A stretch of 64,000 nt of DNA from Azoarcus sp. (GCA_031546845.1 JAVBJT010000038.1:2387-66386), one strand, 5' to 3'. Shown: positions 44,933-55,027, counted from the first letter of the stretch. Numbers and translations are program-made. Notes: generated by a model from the letters alone, not told the origin.

Positions 44933-45657
44933 ACATCATGAAAATAAAGAATATTTACATTTTCATAAGACTTACGCAAACGCAGTTCCGTCTCAAACGA
45001 AATAAAGCAGGAATTAAATACATCTTCTTTGCATATCCATTCATCAAAAAATTTAACTAAATCACGCTCATATATGCCAATAAATAACTGAACCTTTAAT
45101 CGCTTAAAAACACAAGATTGAAGTAATTTTTTATTTTCCAAAAAAAAACCCTTAACAACCTCACTTATTTCTTCATTGTCATTAGAAGATAAAATATCGC
45201 GCACTTTTTCGCAGGAGGATGAAACTCCTTTCATTTCAACCATTAATTCATGAATGATCGCAAAAATCTCTTCAGCCTTCTGAAACCGCTCCTTTCGAGA
45301 TTCAGCAGCCTTTTTATATTGATGCTCTTTTTCAATCATTTCAAACCTTGCTTTTATATCCTTTTCTGAGCGTTTGTGTAGAAACAAATTAGCAATCAAC
45401 ACGGAAAGAAGAGCAAAAACAGCTGCAATGAATTGCACCACTGGAGCGGGAAAATCATTGCCAGTTAGAAATTCGAATATTTTTTCTCTTTCAATATAGA
45501 TTATAAAAATGATTATGGGAACACCAACGTACCATAAAAGCTGACCAAGACAGCGGAGGGAGAGGGCGTAATAATGCTTGTACCCATCAATGAATTTCTT
45601 GCATTGCATGCACCACGGAGGTGTTTCTTTTGGAGGATGAAGGCCTGACTCATTCAT
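44866..45657 (-). CDS. AT-rich (~33% GC) hypothetical membrane protein (CxxC, 2 TM, coiled-coil), foreign origin
   Basis: Start inferred at MNESGLHPPKETPPWCMQCKKF; TM helices VGVPIIIFIIYI and VVQFIAAVFALLSVLIANLFL; Lys/Glu-rich C-terminal half. Confidence 0.45.
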   Translation of the reverse strand: MNESGLHPPKETPPWCMQCKKFIDGYKHYYALSLRCLGQLLWYVGVPIIIFIIYIEREKIFEFLTGNDFPAPVVQFIAAVFALLSVLIANLFLHKRSEKDIKARFEMIEKEHQYKKAAESRKERFQKAEEIFAIIHELMVEMKGVSSSCEKVRDILSSNDNEEISEVVKGFFLENKKLLQSCVFKRLKVQLFIGIYERDLVKFFDEWICKEDVFNSCFISFETELRLRKSYENVNILYFHDVYIDFLRYLEESVKLLSNFLRE

Positions 45658-45985
45658 TTTATTTCCTGTGGACAATAAATAGCATTTACATGTGTGCACT
45701 GGCCCACACATGGCTCAATGCAACTAACGTGAATTATGCAAAAGAAATCGACAACCCGGCAAGGCATTTTCTGATATGTCATTTATATAACGCAGCCTTA
45801 CAGACAGTATAAAAGCTTCCATTTTGCTAGCCGGCCACCTGACCTGCCCGCTTTCTTCGGCCCAATAATTTCTAGGAAGATGGCTCCATATGCGGGAGGA
45901 GCCCATGAGAAAGAGTCGATTCACCGAAGGGAATCGCCCCGTGTTTGAACTGCCCCCCAGAAGTTGGATAGTTACGATCTGCTGA

Positions 45986-46930
45986 TCATGCGGCATTTCT
46001 CAGCCGGAATTCAATCGGGCTGAGCCCTTGCAGTCCGAGCTTGATGCGCTCATGGTTGTAGTAGCGAATGTAATCGCGCACACCAACTTCGAGCTGTGCA
46101 AGGTTGTCGAACTTGGCAAGGTGGAAGAATTCTGCCTTGAGCGTGCCGAAGAAACTCTCAATCGCCGCATTGTCAAAGCAGTTACCTTTTCGGCTCATGC
46201 TCTGTGTGACACCGTAACGCGCAAGCATCGCCCGGTACGGCTGCATCTTGTATTGCCAGCCTTGATCGGAGTGCAGGATTAGCCCGGTAGCAAACCGGGG
46301 AAGTGCCGCCTTAATCGTGCATGAGACCAACTCGAACACGGGGCGTCTGGCCATACGGTGCGCGATGATTTCGCCGTTGTACAGGTCCATGCAAGCTGAC
46401 AAGTAGAGCTTCTACCCCTTGACGTTGAATTCGGTGATATCGGTCACCCACTTCTGGGCGGAAATCGTAGCGCAGAAATCGCGTTGTAGAACATTGGGAA
46501 CGCACACATCGCTGAGACCGTGAGGACGCCGGTAGCGCCTCTTTGCTCGAATCAGAGAGCGTAGCCCCATCTGTTGCATGAGACGCTGTACGCGCTTGTG
46601 ATTAACGGGCTGCGCCAGTGCATTGCACAGCGCTGCTGCAATTCGCCTGTAGCCGTAACGCCCTTTGTGCTCGGTATAAATGGCGCAGATCTGGGCCTTT
46701 ATGTCGCCGTGCTTGTCAGTACGTTGCATAGCCCGGCGCTGATAGTAAAAGGTGCTGCGGGCAAGGTCCGCTACCTGCAACAGGACCTCCAATTTGTGGT
46801 ACCGCCTCAATCCGAGGATGATGCGCGCTTTATCGGCGCAACTGATCTTCTCGCCCGGATCAAGGCATGCAATTTTTTTAAGTAGGCCACCTCCGCGCGC
46901 AACCGCTCGTTCTCTTCGCGCAAGTTGCAC
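45986..46930 (-). pseudogene. IS3-family transposase OrfB (DDE integrase) interrupted by nonsense codon
   Basis: ...FNVKG*KLYLSACMDLYNGEIIAHRM...HSDQGWQY...NCFDNAAIESFFGTLK (DDE motif); TAG replaces expected Glu codon. Confidence 0.75.
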
Positions 46931-47361
46931 ATTGAGTCGGTAGTGACCGTGCTCGGCGGCACGGGGTGAAATCGGGTCGGTTTCATACTGGGGCGCCCTT
47001 GCTTGCAGTTCTCAAGTGCTGCCACTCCATCCATGTCGAGTTTGCGCCGCCAGACCACGACCTGATTGGGATTGCGGATGTCGTAGATCGCAGCCACCTG
47101 TCGACTCGATAGCTGTTCACGATCCTGGTGGGACAGCACCTGCAGCTTGAATTGCGCGCTGTAAACGCTTCGCTTGGGCCGCAAGCCGTCGATGCCATGC
47201 AATCGGTAGTGACTCACCCAGGTGCGAATCTTCTCCTCGGACACCGACCAGCGCCGCGCCAGCAGCTTCGCTCCGCCGTCACCAGCCAGAAAGCTCTTGA
47301 CTACCTTGAGCTTGAACGCTGTTTCGTACTTTGCCATGAAACCCCCTTGAAGTTCGTCCAA
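46807..47361 (-). CDS. IS3-family transposase OrfA
   Basis: MAKYETAFKLKVVKSFLAGDGGAKLLARRWSVSEEKIRTWVSHYRLHGIDGL ... LREENERLRAEVAYLKKL. Confidence 0.8.
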   Translation of the reverse strand: MDELQGGFMAKYETAFKLKVVKSFLAGDGGAKLLARRWSVSEEKIRTWVSHYRLHGIDGLRPKRSVYSAQFKLQVLSHQDREQLSSRQVAAIYDIRNPNQVVVWRRKLDMDGVAALENCKQGRPSMKPTRFHPVPPSTVTTDSMCNLREENERLRAEVAYLKKLHALIRARRSVAPIKRASSSD

Positions 47362-47391
47362 CTTCTGGGGGGCAGTTCAAACACGGGGCGA

Positions 47392-48052
<661 letters not shown>

Positions 48053-48139
48053 TCAGAGAAAGAGCATTCTAGCCTACCTATATATGAAAGGCAAGAGCAA
48101 CCACTAAAAACAGCACCGGATTCGTTCTATTCAAGTTGC

Positions 48140-49507
48140 TCAATCCCCCACAAGCTGCAATTCGAAACCGCCCGACACGGTACCCTCGCTGCGGGTAGCC
48201 GGTTCGCTATGGCGGGAAAATGCCTTGGCGAGATCGGTCAGCCGGCGGGCAACGACCGTGGCAATCTGCTGACGAAACAGTTCAAGCACCTCTTCGCTGG
48301 CCAAGGCCAAAGCCGACGGGTTGATTTCCAGATATGTAAGCGGCGACAACGAGACAGCAGTCATCACATGGCAATGCTCCACGTGGTTCAACCATGCCTG
48401 TTCGCCAAAAACCTCGCCCGCGCCCAACTCCATGACCTTGCGGCCCTCGATCGACAATTCGACCTTGCCTTCGAGCACGATGCCAAATCGCTGGTCCGTG
48501 TTCTGCTCCTGCATCAACAACACTTTCTCGCCAACTTTCCGCCATGAGCAGATACGCAACGTCTCCCACAGCTCGACATCCTCGAAATCGACAAAAAACG
48601 CCAATCTACGCAGCACGGAAAAACGCCCGGACATGACTGACACCGATTGCTCGCTTTCGTCCAAAAGCTTGTAACGAACAGCGGCCAGCTCCTTGGCAAA
48701 ATCGGCGCCATTTTTGTAGCGCGAGTACAAATCTTTTTCCAGCGCTTTGCGAATCACGCTATCCAACTGCTCTGGCACGTCAGGATTGAGCTGCGAAACC
48801 AAAGGCGGGTCGACATTGATGATTTTGTATACCAGTTGCGCAGGGTTCGAGGCGCGAAAAGGCAAGCGACCTGTAAGCAAATGAAACAACACCACGCCAA
48901 GCGAATAGAGATCCGTTTTTTGATTGAGCGGATATCCCTTGATCTGCTCGGGGCTCATATAGGCAGGCGAACCGACCCCCATGATGAAAGTCGAATCCAC
49001 ATCGGTCTTTTTACTGATATTGAGCGCCAGACCGAAATCGGTGATCTTCACATTGTCCTGGTCATCCACCAGGATATTGGCCGGTTTGATATCGCGGTGA
49101 ACGATGCCTTGCCGATACGCATGATCGAGCGCCATGCAGCACTTGAAAACAATGCCGATGGCACGGTGAACCGGCAATAGGCGTTCAAAGGAGCAATAAC
49201 GTTCCAGCGTATCGGCGGGGAAATACTCCATCACCACATAGGCTTGATTCGGCTCCACCACCGCGTCGAAAATACGAATCACGCTGGGATGATTCAAGCG
49301 GCTGGCAACCGCCTGCTCCGCCTTTAAAAGCTTGAGCATGCGACGATTCCACTTGGCTTCGTCCTTGGCTTTGTCATCGAAGCGAACAAACTTTACCGCG
49401 ACCGGTTCGGGGCTATCCGGGTCTTCCGCCAGATAAACCGTCGCCGTGGCTCCGCGCCCCACCTCGCGGACAATTTTGTACTTACCGATTTTTTCAGGGA
49501 TGCTCAT
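48140..49507 (-). CDS. Hanks-type Ser/Thr protein kinase fused to C-terminal cyclic-nucleotide-binding-like domain
   Basis: Start inferred at MSIPEKIGKYKIVREVGRGATATVYLA (Gly-loop), VAVK, HRDIKPANIL, DFG, SPEQ; C-terminal Crp-like beta-roll (FGIVLEGKVELSIEGRKVMELGAGEVFGEQAWL). Confidence 0.75.
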   Translation of the reverse strand: MSIPEKIGKYKIVREVGRGATATVYLAEDPDSPEPVAVKFVRFDDKAKDEAKWNRRMLKLLKAEQAVASRLNHPSVIRIFDAVVEPNQAYVVMEYFPADTLERYCSFERLLPVHRAIGIVFKCCMALDHAYRQGIVHRDIKPANILVDDQDNVKITDFGLALNISKKTDVDSTFIMGVGSPAYMSPEQIKGYPLNQKTDLYSLGVVLFHLLTGRLPFRASNPAQLVYKIINVDPPLVSQLNPDVPEQLDSVIRKALEKDLYSRYKNGADFAKELAAVRYKLLDESEQSVSVMSGRFSVLRRLAFFVDFEDVELWETLRICSWRKVGEKVLLMQEQNTDQRFGIVLEGKVELSIEGRKVMELGAGEVFGEQAWLNHVEHCHVMTAVSLSPLTYLEINPSALALASEEVLELFRQQIATVVARRLTDLAKAFSRHSEPATRSEGTVSGGFELQLVGD

Positions 49508-49752
49508 GTAAACCTGTAACAAATACCGCGCTCTTATATCGCGCAAGGTGTTGCTGTGATTGTGTCATAAAGCGCCATGGTGGCGTCAGTTGAATACATC
49601 ACGGTAGCGTCATACCCGATAAATTGACCGATCGGTAATAATCGCCGCCTTACGCGGCTTCATACCCTTGAATACGAAAGGAAATAGCTGCATCCAAAGT
49701 ATGGTACGCGCTGCACGCTTTTCTAGCCTTTTCTAGCTCTCGGAGTACATCC

Positions 49753-51072
49753 TTGAACGAGTCGATCGATTTACTCATTCACGCCCGCTGGCTCGTCCCG
49801 GTAGAGCCGGCCGGCCTGGTGCTGGAGCATCACTGCGTCGCCATCGCAAACGGCCGCATCGTTGCCGTGTTGCCGCAAGAAACCGCTCGACAGCACTACC
49901 GCGCGACGCGCGAAATCGACCTTGCTCATCACGTACTGATCCCCGGTCTGGTCAACCTGCACACGCACGCGGCCATGAATCTGATGCGCGGCATCGCCGA
50001 CGACCTGCCGTTGATGCACTGGCTGAAAGAAGCGATCTGGCCCGTTGAAGCCAAGCACCTCTCCCCCGCGTTCGTTCGTGACGGCACGCTACTGGCCGCG
50101 GCCGAAATGCTTCGCGGAGGAATTACCACATGTAACGACATGTACTACTACCCTGAGGCCGCCGCCGAAGCGTTCGAGCAACTCGGCATGCGCGCCATTC
50201 TCGGAATCACCGTACTCGATTTCCCAACCCCCTATGCCGTCGATGCCGACGGCTACCTGCGCAACGGCCTGGCCGTTCGCGATGCCTGGTGCGACCATCC
50301 CCGCATTGGCTTTTCCTTGGCCCCGCACGCCCCGTATACCGTCTCCGACGCCACACTCGAACGTATCGCCCATCTTGCCGCCGAGCTGGATTTATCCGTT
50401 CAGATCCACCTCCAGGAAACCGCGGAAGAGGTCCGTGACAGCCTTGCCATCCACGGCGTCACGCCCGCAGCCCGGCTTGAGCGCCATGGCCTGCTCGGCC
50501 CAGGCATGGTGGGCATACATGCGGTTCACCTCGACAAAAACGACATTGAGCGCCTTGCCCGCCATCGCTGCGGCATCGCCCACTGCCCGACCTCCAACAT
50601 GAAGCTGGCCAGCGGTATCGCGCCGGTAACGAAATTACTCGATGCGGGAATGACCGTCGGCCTGGGTAGCGATGGCGCGGCGAGCAATAATCGCCTCGAC
50701 CTCTTTCAGGAAATGCGTCACGCCGCGTTGCTGGCAAAAGTCGCCGGAGGCGATGCAACCGCGATATCCGCGCATACCGCCTTGCATATGGCAACGCTTA
50801 GCGGCGCGCGCGCGCTCCGCCTGGACGACCGCATTGGCTCCATTACCCCTGGCAAGCAAGCCGACTTATGCGCCGTGGCGCTCGATACGCCCGCAACTCA
50901 ACCCTGCTTCGATCCCGTCGCCCATCTTGTCTATGTAGCCGGCCGTGAACAGGTTTCGCATGTATGGGTTGACGGCGAAGCCCGCGTGGATCAAGGTTTT
51001 CCGCTGTTGCAAATTAGCGACAAAGAATTGCTCAGGCTCGCGGCCGTATGGCAAACTAGGATTGTTAGTTGA
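49753..51072 (+). CDS. TRZ/ATZ-family amidohydrolase, 5-methylthioadenosine/S-adenosylhomocysteine deaminase (MtaD)-like
   Basis: Metal-binding HTH (LVNLHTHAAMN), conserved amidohydrolase blocks; mtaD-like gene upstream of ubiG is a common betaproteobacterial arrangement. Confidence 0.75.
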   Translation: MNESIDLLIHARWLVPVEPAGLVLEHHCVAIANGRIVAVLPQETARQHYRATREIDLAHHVLIPGLVNLHTHAAMNLMRGIADDLPLMHWLKEAIWPVEAKHLSPAFVRDGTLLAAAEMLRGGITTCNDMYYYPEAAAEAFEQLGMRAILGITVLDFPTPYAVDADGYLRNGLAVRDAWCDHPRIGFSLAPHAPYTVSDATLERIAHLAAELDLSVQIHLQETAEEVRDSLAIHGVTPAARLERHGLLGPGMVGIHAVHLDKNDIERLARHRCGIAHCPTSNMKLASGIAPVTKLLDAGMTVGLGSDGAASNNRLDLFQEMRHAALLAKVAGGDATAISAHTALHMATLSGARALRLDDRIGSITPGKQADLCAVALDTPATQPCFDPVAHLVYVAGREQVSHVWVDGEARVDQGFPLLQISDKELLRLAAVWQTRIVS

Positions 51073-51174
51073 ACTAAATAAAGCCGGTTCGATCCGAAAC
51101 GAGGAAGGCAGTGGATCTGTTTTCTTCATTTTTTACAGCGGCATTTTCCGGTCTTTCGCCCTTAAGAGGAAACC

Positions 51175-51900
51175 ATGATCAGACAAACCAAGAAACAGAT
51201 GTTCATGCTGGCCGCTATCGCTTCGATCGGCCTGTCTGCCTCCGCTGCATTTGCGCAGGTAAAAGATGTTGTTGTCAGTGGCTCGGGAGAAATTCCGTAC
51301 GTCATCGATGCACGCAACGTCGTCGCCCGTAGCGGTACCGGCCTGTGCTGGCGCACCGGCTATTGGAGCCCGGCTGCGGCGGGCACCGCCATGGCGGGCC
51401 AGTTCCCCGTCGGCTGCGAATGCGACAGCGATATCGTTCCGAAGGAAAAGTGCACGACCGCTGCTGGCACGACTCCCACTGAAAAGGACAAACTGCCGCC
51501 GGGCGCGCGAGTCGACCCGAAATCCGACAAGATCAAGCTGTCCGCCGATGCGCTGTTCGACTTCAACAAGGCCGTGCTGAAGCCCGAAGGCAAAGCCAAG
51601 CTGGACGATCTCGCCGCGCAGTCCAAGAACCTCAAGCTTGAAGTCATCCTGGCCGTCGGCCATACCGACCGCCTCGGCTCCGATTCCTACAACCAGAAAC
51701 TGTCCGAGCGTCGCGCCGCCGCCGTGAAGACCTACCTGGTCAGCAAGGGTGTCGAAGCCAACCGCATCTACACCGAAGGCAAGGGCGAGAAGCAGCCCGT
51801 GACCGGTGCGAAGTGCGACAAAGAGAAGAATCGCAAAGCGCTGATCAGCTGCCTGCAGCCGGATCGCCGCGTTGAGATTGAAGTGGTCGGCTCCAAGTAA
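51175..51900 (+). CDS. OmpA-family protein (C-terminal OmpA-like peptidoglycan-binding domain)
   Basis: Signal peptide; C-terminal [27 protein letters not shown] OmpA-like motif. Confidence 0.8.
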   Translation: MIRQTKKQMFMLAAIASIGLSASAAFAQVKDVVVSGSGEIPYVIDARNVVARSGTGLCWRTGYWSPAAAGTAMAGQFPVGCECDSDIVPKEKCTTAAGTTPTEKDKLPPGARVDPKSDKIKLSADALFDFNKAVLKPEGKAKLDDLAAQSKNLKLEVILAVGHTDRLGSDSYNQKLSERRAAAVKTYLVSKGVEANRIYTEGKGEKQPVTGAKCDKEKNRKALISCLQPDRRVEIEVVGSK

Positions 51901-51920
51901 GCCCTTCCGCATCGCGAAAA

Positions 51921-51946
51921 GCCCTGCCTCGGCGGGGCTTTTTTCT
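51921..51946 (+). terminator. Rho-independent terminator after ompA-like gene
   Basis: gccctgcctcggcggggc hairpin + ttttttcttttc. Confidence 0.6.
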
Positions 51947-51993
51947 TTTCTGGCCGGATATCCAGCGCCCTTGCACACTGGGAAGCACACGCC

Positions 51994-52698
51994 ATGAATA
52001 CAAGCAATGCCGATCCCGCCGAATTGCAGAAATTCAGCGATCTGGCTCACCGCTGGTGGGATCCAACCTCCGAATTCAAACCCCTGCACGACATCAACCC
52101 ACTACGGCTCGATTGGATTGACGCCAGAACCCAACTCGCCGGCAAGCGCGCTCTGGACGTCGGCTGCGGCGGCGGCATTCTTTCCGAAAGCATGGCGGCG
52201 CGCGGAGCTTGCGTTACCGGCATCGATCTTGGCGAAAAACCGCTTGGCGTCGCCCGCCTCCACCTGCTTGAAAGTGGCCACGATGTCGATTACCGCCTGA
52301 CGAGCGCGGAAGCGTTCGCCGCCGAAAATCCCGCTTGCTTCGATGTCGTCACCTGCATGGAAATGCTTGAGCACGTTCCCGATCCCGCAAGCACAATCGC
52401 CGCGTGCGCGCGCCTGGTCAAACCCGGCGGAGATGTTTTCTTCTCCACCTTGAATCGCAACCTCAAAGCCTATCTGCTCGCCATCATCGGCGCCGAGTAC
52501 GTGCTTGAACTGCTTCCGCGCGGCACGCATGAATACGCGAAATTCATCAAGCCATCCGAACTAGCCTCCTACTGCCGCCAAGCCGGACTCGATCCGGTCG
52601 AGCTCACCGGCATGCATTACAACCCGTTCACCCAAACGTATTCCCTTCAGCCCGACACCAGCGTCAACTATCTTGTTCATGCCCGGATCGCAGCCTGA
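51994..52698 (+). CDS. ubiG: Ubiquinone biosynthesis O-methyltransferase UbiG
   Basis: 234-aa ORF, SAM motif [12 protein letters not shown], UbiG-type N- and C-termini. Confidence 0.9.
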   Translation: MNTSNADPAELQKFSDLAHRWWDPTSEFKPLHDINPLRLDWIDARTQLAGKRALDVGCGGGILSESMAARGACVTGIDLGEKPLGVARLHLLESGHDVDYRLTSAEAFAAENPACFDVVTCMEMLEHVPDPASTIAACARLVKPGGDVFFSTLNRNLKAYLLAIIGAEYVLELLPRGTHEYAKFIKPSELASYCRQAGLDPVELTGMHYNPFTQTYSLQPDTSVNYLVHARIAA

Positions 52699-52745
52699 AA
52701 TAAGCGGCCGGCATTGACCGGCACCTATTTCAGCGCACCATCGCA

Positions 52746-52791
52746 GGCGGACATAAAATGTCTTGACATTTTATGTCCGCCTACTTACATT
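52746..52791 (+). promoter_or_regulatory. Near-consensus sigma70 promoter (TTGACA-N17-TACATT) embedded in a perfect 17-bp-arm palindrome (candidate operator)
   Basis: ggcggacataaaatgtc-tt-gacattttatgtccgcc (52746-52781); -35 at 52763-52768 is the palindrome centre, -10 at 52786-52791; 40 bp upstream of DUF2170 gene. Confidence 0.5.
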
Positions 52792-52832
52792 GCCCATGTC
52801 GATAACCGACACATTCCTGAAAAGGGGAAACG

Positions 52833-53249
52833 ATGAAATCGCTGCAAGAAAAAATTGCGGGCCTGGATCTGTCGATAAGCATGCGGCTGAGCGGTGCAAC
52901 CGTGGATCTGCAGCCCATTCCGGGGTCGGTGCCGGTCATTCAGGTCGCCATTGGCGGGCGCGAAGAGTTGCCGATTTTCATCACCGCATCCGAGGCTCAA
53001 ATCCTCTGCATCTGCTACTTGTGGACCGATTCGGAAATCGCGCCGGACAAACGTATCGAGCTGCTGGAACTCCTGCTTGACCTCAACCTGTCGATTCCCT
53101 TGTCCTCGTTCGGCAGGGTGGATGGCCGCTACGTGCTGTTCGGCGCGCTCTCCCACGACGCCCGTATGGAAGACATTGCGCAGGATATCGTCGCACTGAG
53201 CGACAACGCGCTCGATGCGCTGGAAGCGCTTTCCGGATATCTCGCTTAA
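52833..53249 (+). CDS. DUF2170 family protein (YjfI-like)
   Basis: 138-aa ORF resembling E. coli YjfI in size/pattern, directly upstream of a PspA-family gene as in yjfI-yjfJ. Confidence 0.55.
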   Translation: MKSLQEKIAGLDLSISMRLSGATVDLQPIPGSVPVIQVAIGGREELPIFITASEAQILCICYLWTDSEIAPDKRIELLELLLDLNLSIPLSSFGRVDGRYVLFGALSHDARMEDIAQDIVALSDNALDALEALSGYLA

Positions 53250-53262
53250 TTAGGAGCCGAAC

Positions 53263-53970
53263 ATGAGTGTGATCGAAAAAATTCTGACTTTACTGCGCGG
53301 CAGTGCTCGCGAACTCGGCGACAGCCTGATCGACGCCAACGCCACGCGCATCTACGAGCAAGAAATCATCGACGCGCGTAATGCCATCCTGCAGGCCAAG
53401 AGCGAATTGACCGGCGTAATGGCCAAGGAAATGCAAAGCGCGCGCGAAATCGAACGCATCCGCGGTGAAATGCTGCGTTTCGAAGCGCTGGCCGTTGAAG
53501 CGCTGGACAAGGGTAAAGAGGCGCTCGCCGAAGAGGTCGCCGGCAAGGTTGCCGAAACGGAAGCCGCACTCGAAGAGCAAACACGCACCCACGCCAGTTA
53601 TGCACTGCAGGTAAGCAAACTGAAAGACTTGATCAAGGCGGCGGAAAACAAGGTGCGCGAACACGAGCGCGAAGTGGCGATGGCACGCACCACGGAAAAC
53701 GTTTACCGCGCTACCCGCTCAATTTCCGATAGCATCGGCGCGAGTGGCTCCAGGTTGGTCAGCGCGCGCGAATCGTTGGAACGCATCAAACGGCGCCATG
53801 AAGACCTCGCCGACCGCATGAGCGCGGCTGAAACGCTAGACAAGGAAATCGGCGTCAAAGCGCTGGAAACGAAGCTTGCCGAAGCAGGCATCGGCGCCGA
53901 CAGCGACCGCAAGCGGCGGGCGATGGAACGCATTCGCGCACGCCAGGCAGCGCCGCGGGACGAGGCATGA
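53263..53970 (+). CDS. PspA/IM30 (ESCRT-III-like) family protein, YjfJ-like
   Basis: 235-aa all-helical coiled-coil ORF with PspA-family N-terminus (MSVIEKILTLLRGSARELGDSLIDANATRIYEQEIIDARNAI). Confidence 0.75.
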   Translation: MSVIEKILTLLRGSARELGDSLIDANATRIYEQEIIDARNAILQAKSELTGVMAKEMQSAREIERIRGEMLRFEALAVEALDKGKEALAEEVAGKVAETEAALEEQTRTHASYALQVSKLKDLIKAAENKVREHEREVAMARTTENVYRATRSISDSIGASGSRLVSARESLERIKRRHEDLADRMSAAETLDKEIGVKALETKLAEAGIGADSDRKRRAMERIRARQAAPRDEA

Positions 53971-54287
53971 CAACACGCAAGCCAGCGCGTTGGCAAGCGT
54001 CGGACGAAGCGATTCGCGCGGTGCAAGTCGCTTTCGATGTGGAAGGCGCGGTGCTTGAAGCAGTCCGCCGCGCCGCCTTCGAAAACAACCTATCCACCTC
54101 GGATCAGATCCGTAGCGTACTTGGCCTTGCCGTGACGCGACGACCAAAGCGCCCGCGCCTCACCGTTTCATTGACGCCGGCCGACTATGAAACGCTGGCC
54201 GCGCGTTACGCTCTGGCGGAAACGGACCGATTAGCCATCAAGGAACACGTCACCGACGAATTGATCCGCTTTGCACGCACAACCTGA
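53967..54287 (+). CDS. Small protein with two ribbon-helix-helix-like half-domains
   Basis: ATGA overlap with pspA-like stop; segments AIRAVQVAFDVEGAVLEAVRRAA...SDQIRSVLGL and RPRLTVSLTPADYETLAARYALAETDRLAIKEHV fit beta-alpha-alpha RHH pattern. Confidence 0.4.
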   Translation: MTTRKPARWQASDEAIRAVQVAFDVEGAVLEAVRRAAFENNLSTSDQIRSVLGLAVTRRPKRPRLTVSLTPADYETLAARYALAETDRLAIKEHVTDELIRFARTT

Positions 54288-54318
54288 AACAGCCTGATAA
54301 CAACAAGGGAGGGCTTTC

Positions 54319-54948
54319 ATGGGCGATCTTGCCGCCGCCGCACTCAGCTATCCGACGGCAATTTACACCGCGCTGCTTGGCGCGGTGGTTTTCTACTGGT
54401 TGCTGGCACTGATCGGCCTGGTCGATTTCGACCATGGCGCGTCCGACTTCGATCTCGATCTGGACGGCGATGTTGGCGATATCGGCACCATCGCCGCCTA
54501 CCTCGTTGCTTTCGGACTCGGTGGCGTACCCTTTTCGATCGTGGTCAGCCTGCTCGTGCTGATCGGATGGACGATATGCTGCCTGTTCGCCATGTGGCTA
54601 TTGCCGCTTGTACCCACTTCCGTGCTGCGGCTGGTGGCGGGCACGGCCGGATTGCTCGGCGCCTTCGCGCTCGCCTTACCACTGACCGCCGCGGCGGTAC
54701 GCCCGCTGCGCAAGCTTTTCGTGACCCACGGCGCAATCTCCAACGCCGCGCTGGTTGGCCAAACTTGCCGCATTCTTACCCGCACCGTGGATGAAAAATT
54801 CGGCCGAGCCGAAGTTTCCGGCCACGGCGCCAGCTATAACATCCGCGTTTATGCCGATACGCCCAATTCCCTTACTCGCGGCTCGACCGCGATCATCGCT
54901 GACTACGATCCAAGCGGTGCGCGCTACCACGTGCGCGCCGAGGAATAA
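54319..54948 (+). CDS. NfeD-like/YqiJ-like inner-membrane protein (TM region + C-terminal OB-fold)
   Basis: 209 aa (same as E. coli YqiJ); 4 TM helices then soluble beta-rich C-terminus (GQTCRILTRTVDEKFGRAEVSGHGASYNIRVYAD...) immediately upstream of flotillin gene. Confidence 0.6.
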   Translation: MGDLAAAALSYPTAIYTALLGAVVFYWLLALIGLVDFDHGASDFDLDLDGDVGDIGTIAAYLVAFGLGGVPFSIVVSLLVLIGWTICCLFAMWLLPLVPTSVLRLVAGTAGLLGAFALALPLTAAAVRPLRKLFVTHGAISNAALVGQTCRILTRTVDEKFGRAEVSGHGASYNIRVYADTPNSLTRGSTAIIADYDPSGARYHVRAEE

Positions 54949-55027
54949 ACGATAACCAACGATAACCGAACCGGGTAACGGTCTATTTTTCCGCCGGGCC
55001 CGCCCGGCTAAATCTGAAGAGGATTTC

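Noticed and set aside
45905-45985. MRKSRFTEG... start resembling IS3/IS407 OrfA N-termini immediately left of the IS, and a possible in-frame fusion to the recombinase zinc ribbon if the IS is removed
   Set aside because: In-frame joining depends on a 1-bp choice of the IS boundary that cannot be fixed without a reference copy. The nine residues are too few to call. Most parsimoniously these bases are part of the extended inverted repeat or flank.
49720-49745. Tandem decamer cttttctagc-cttttctagc in the kinase/mtaD divergent promoter region
   Set aside because: Only two copies. It may be a regulator half-site pair but is too short to support a call. Noted only.
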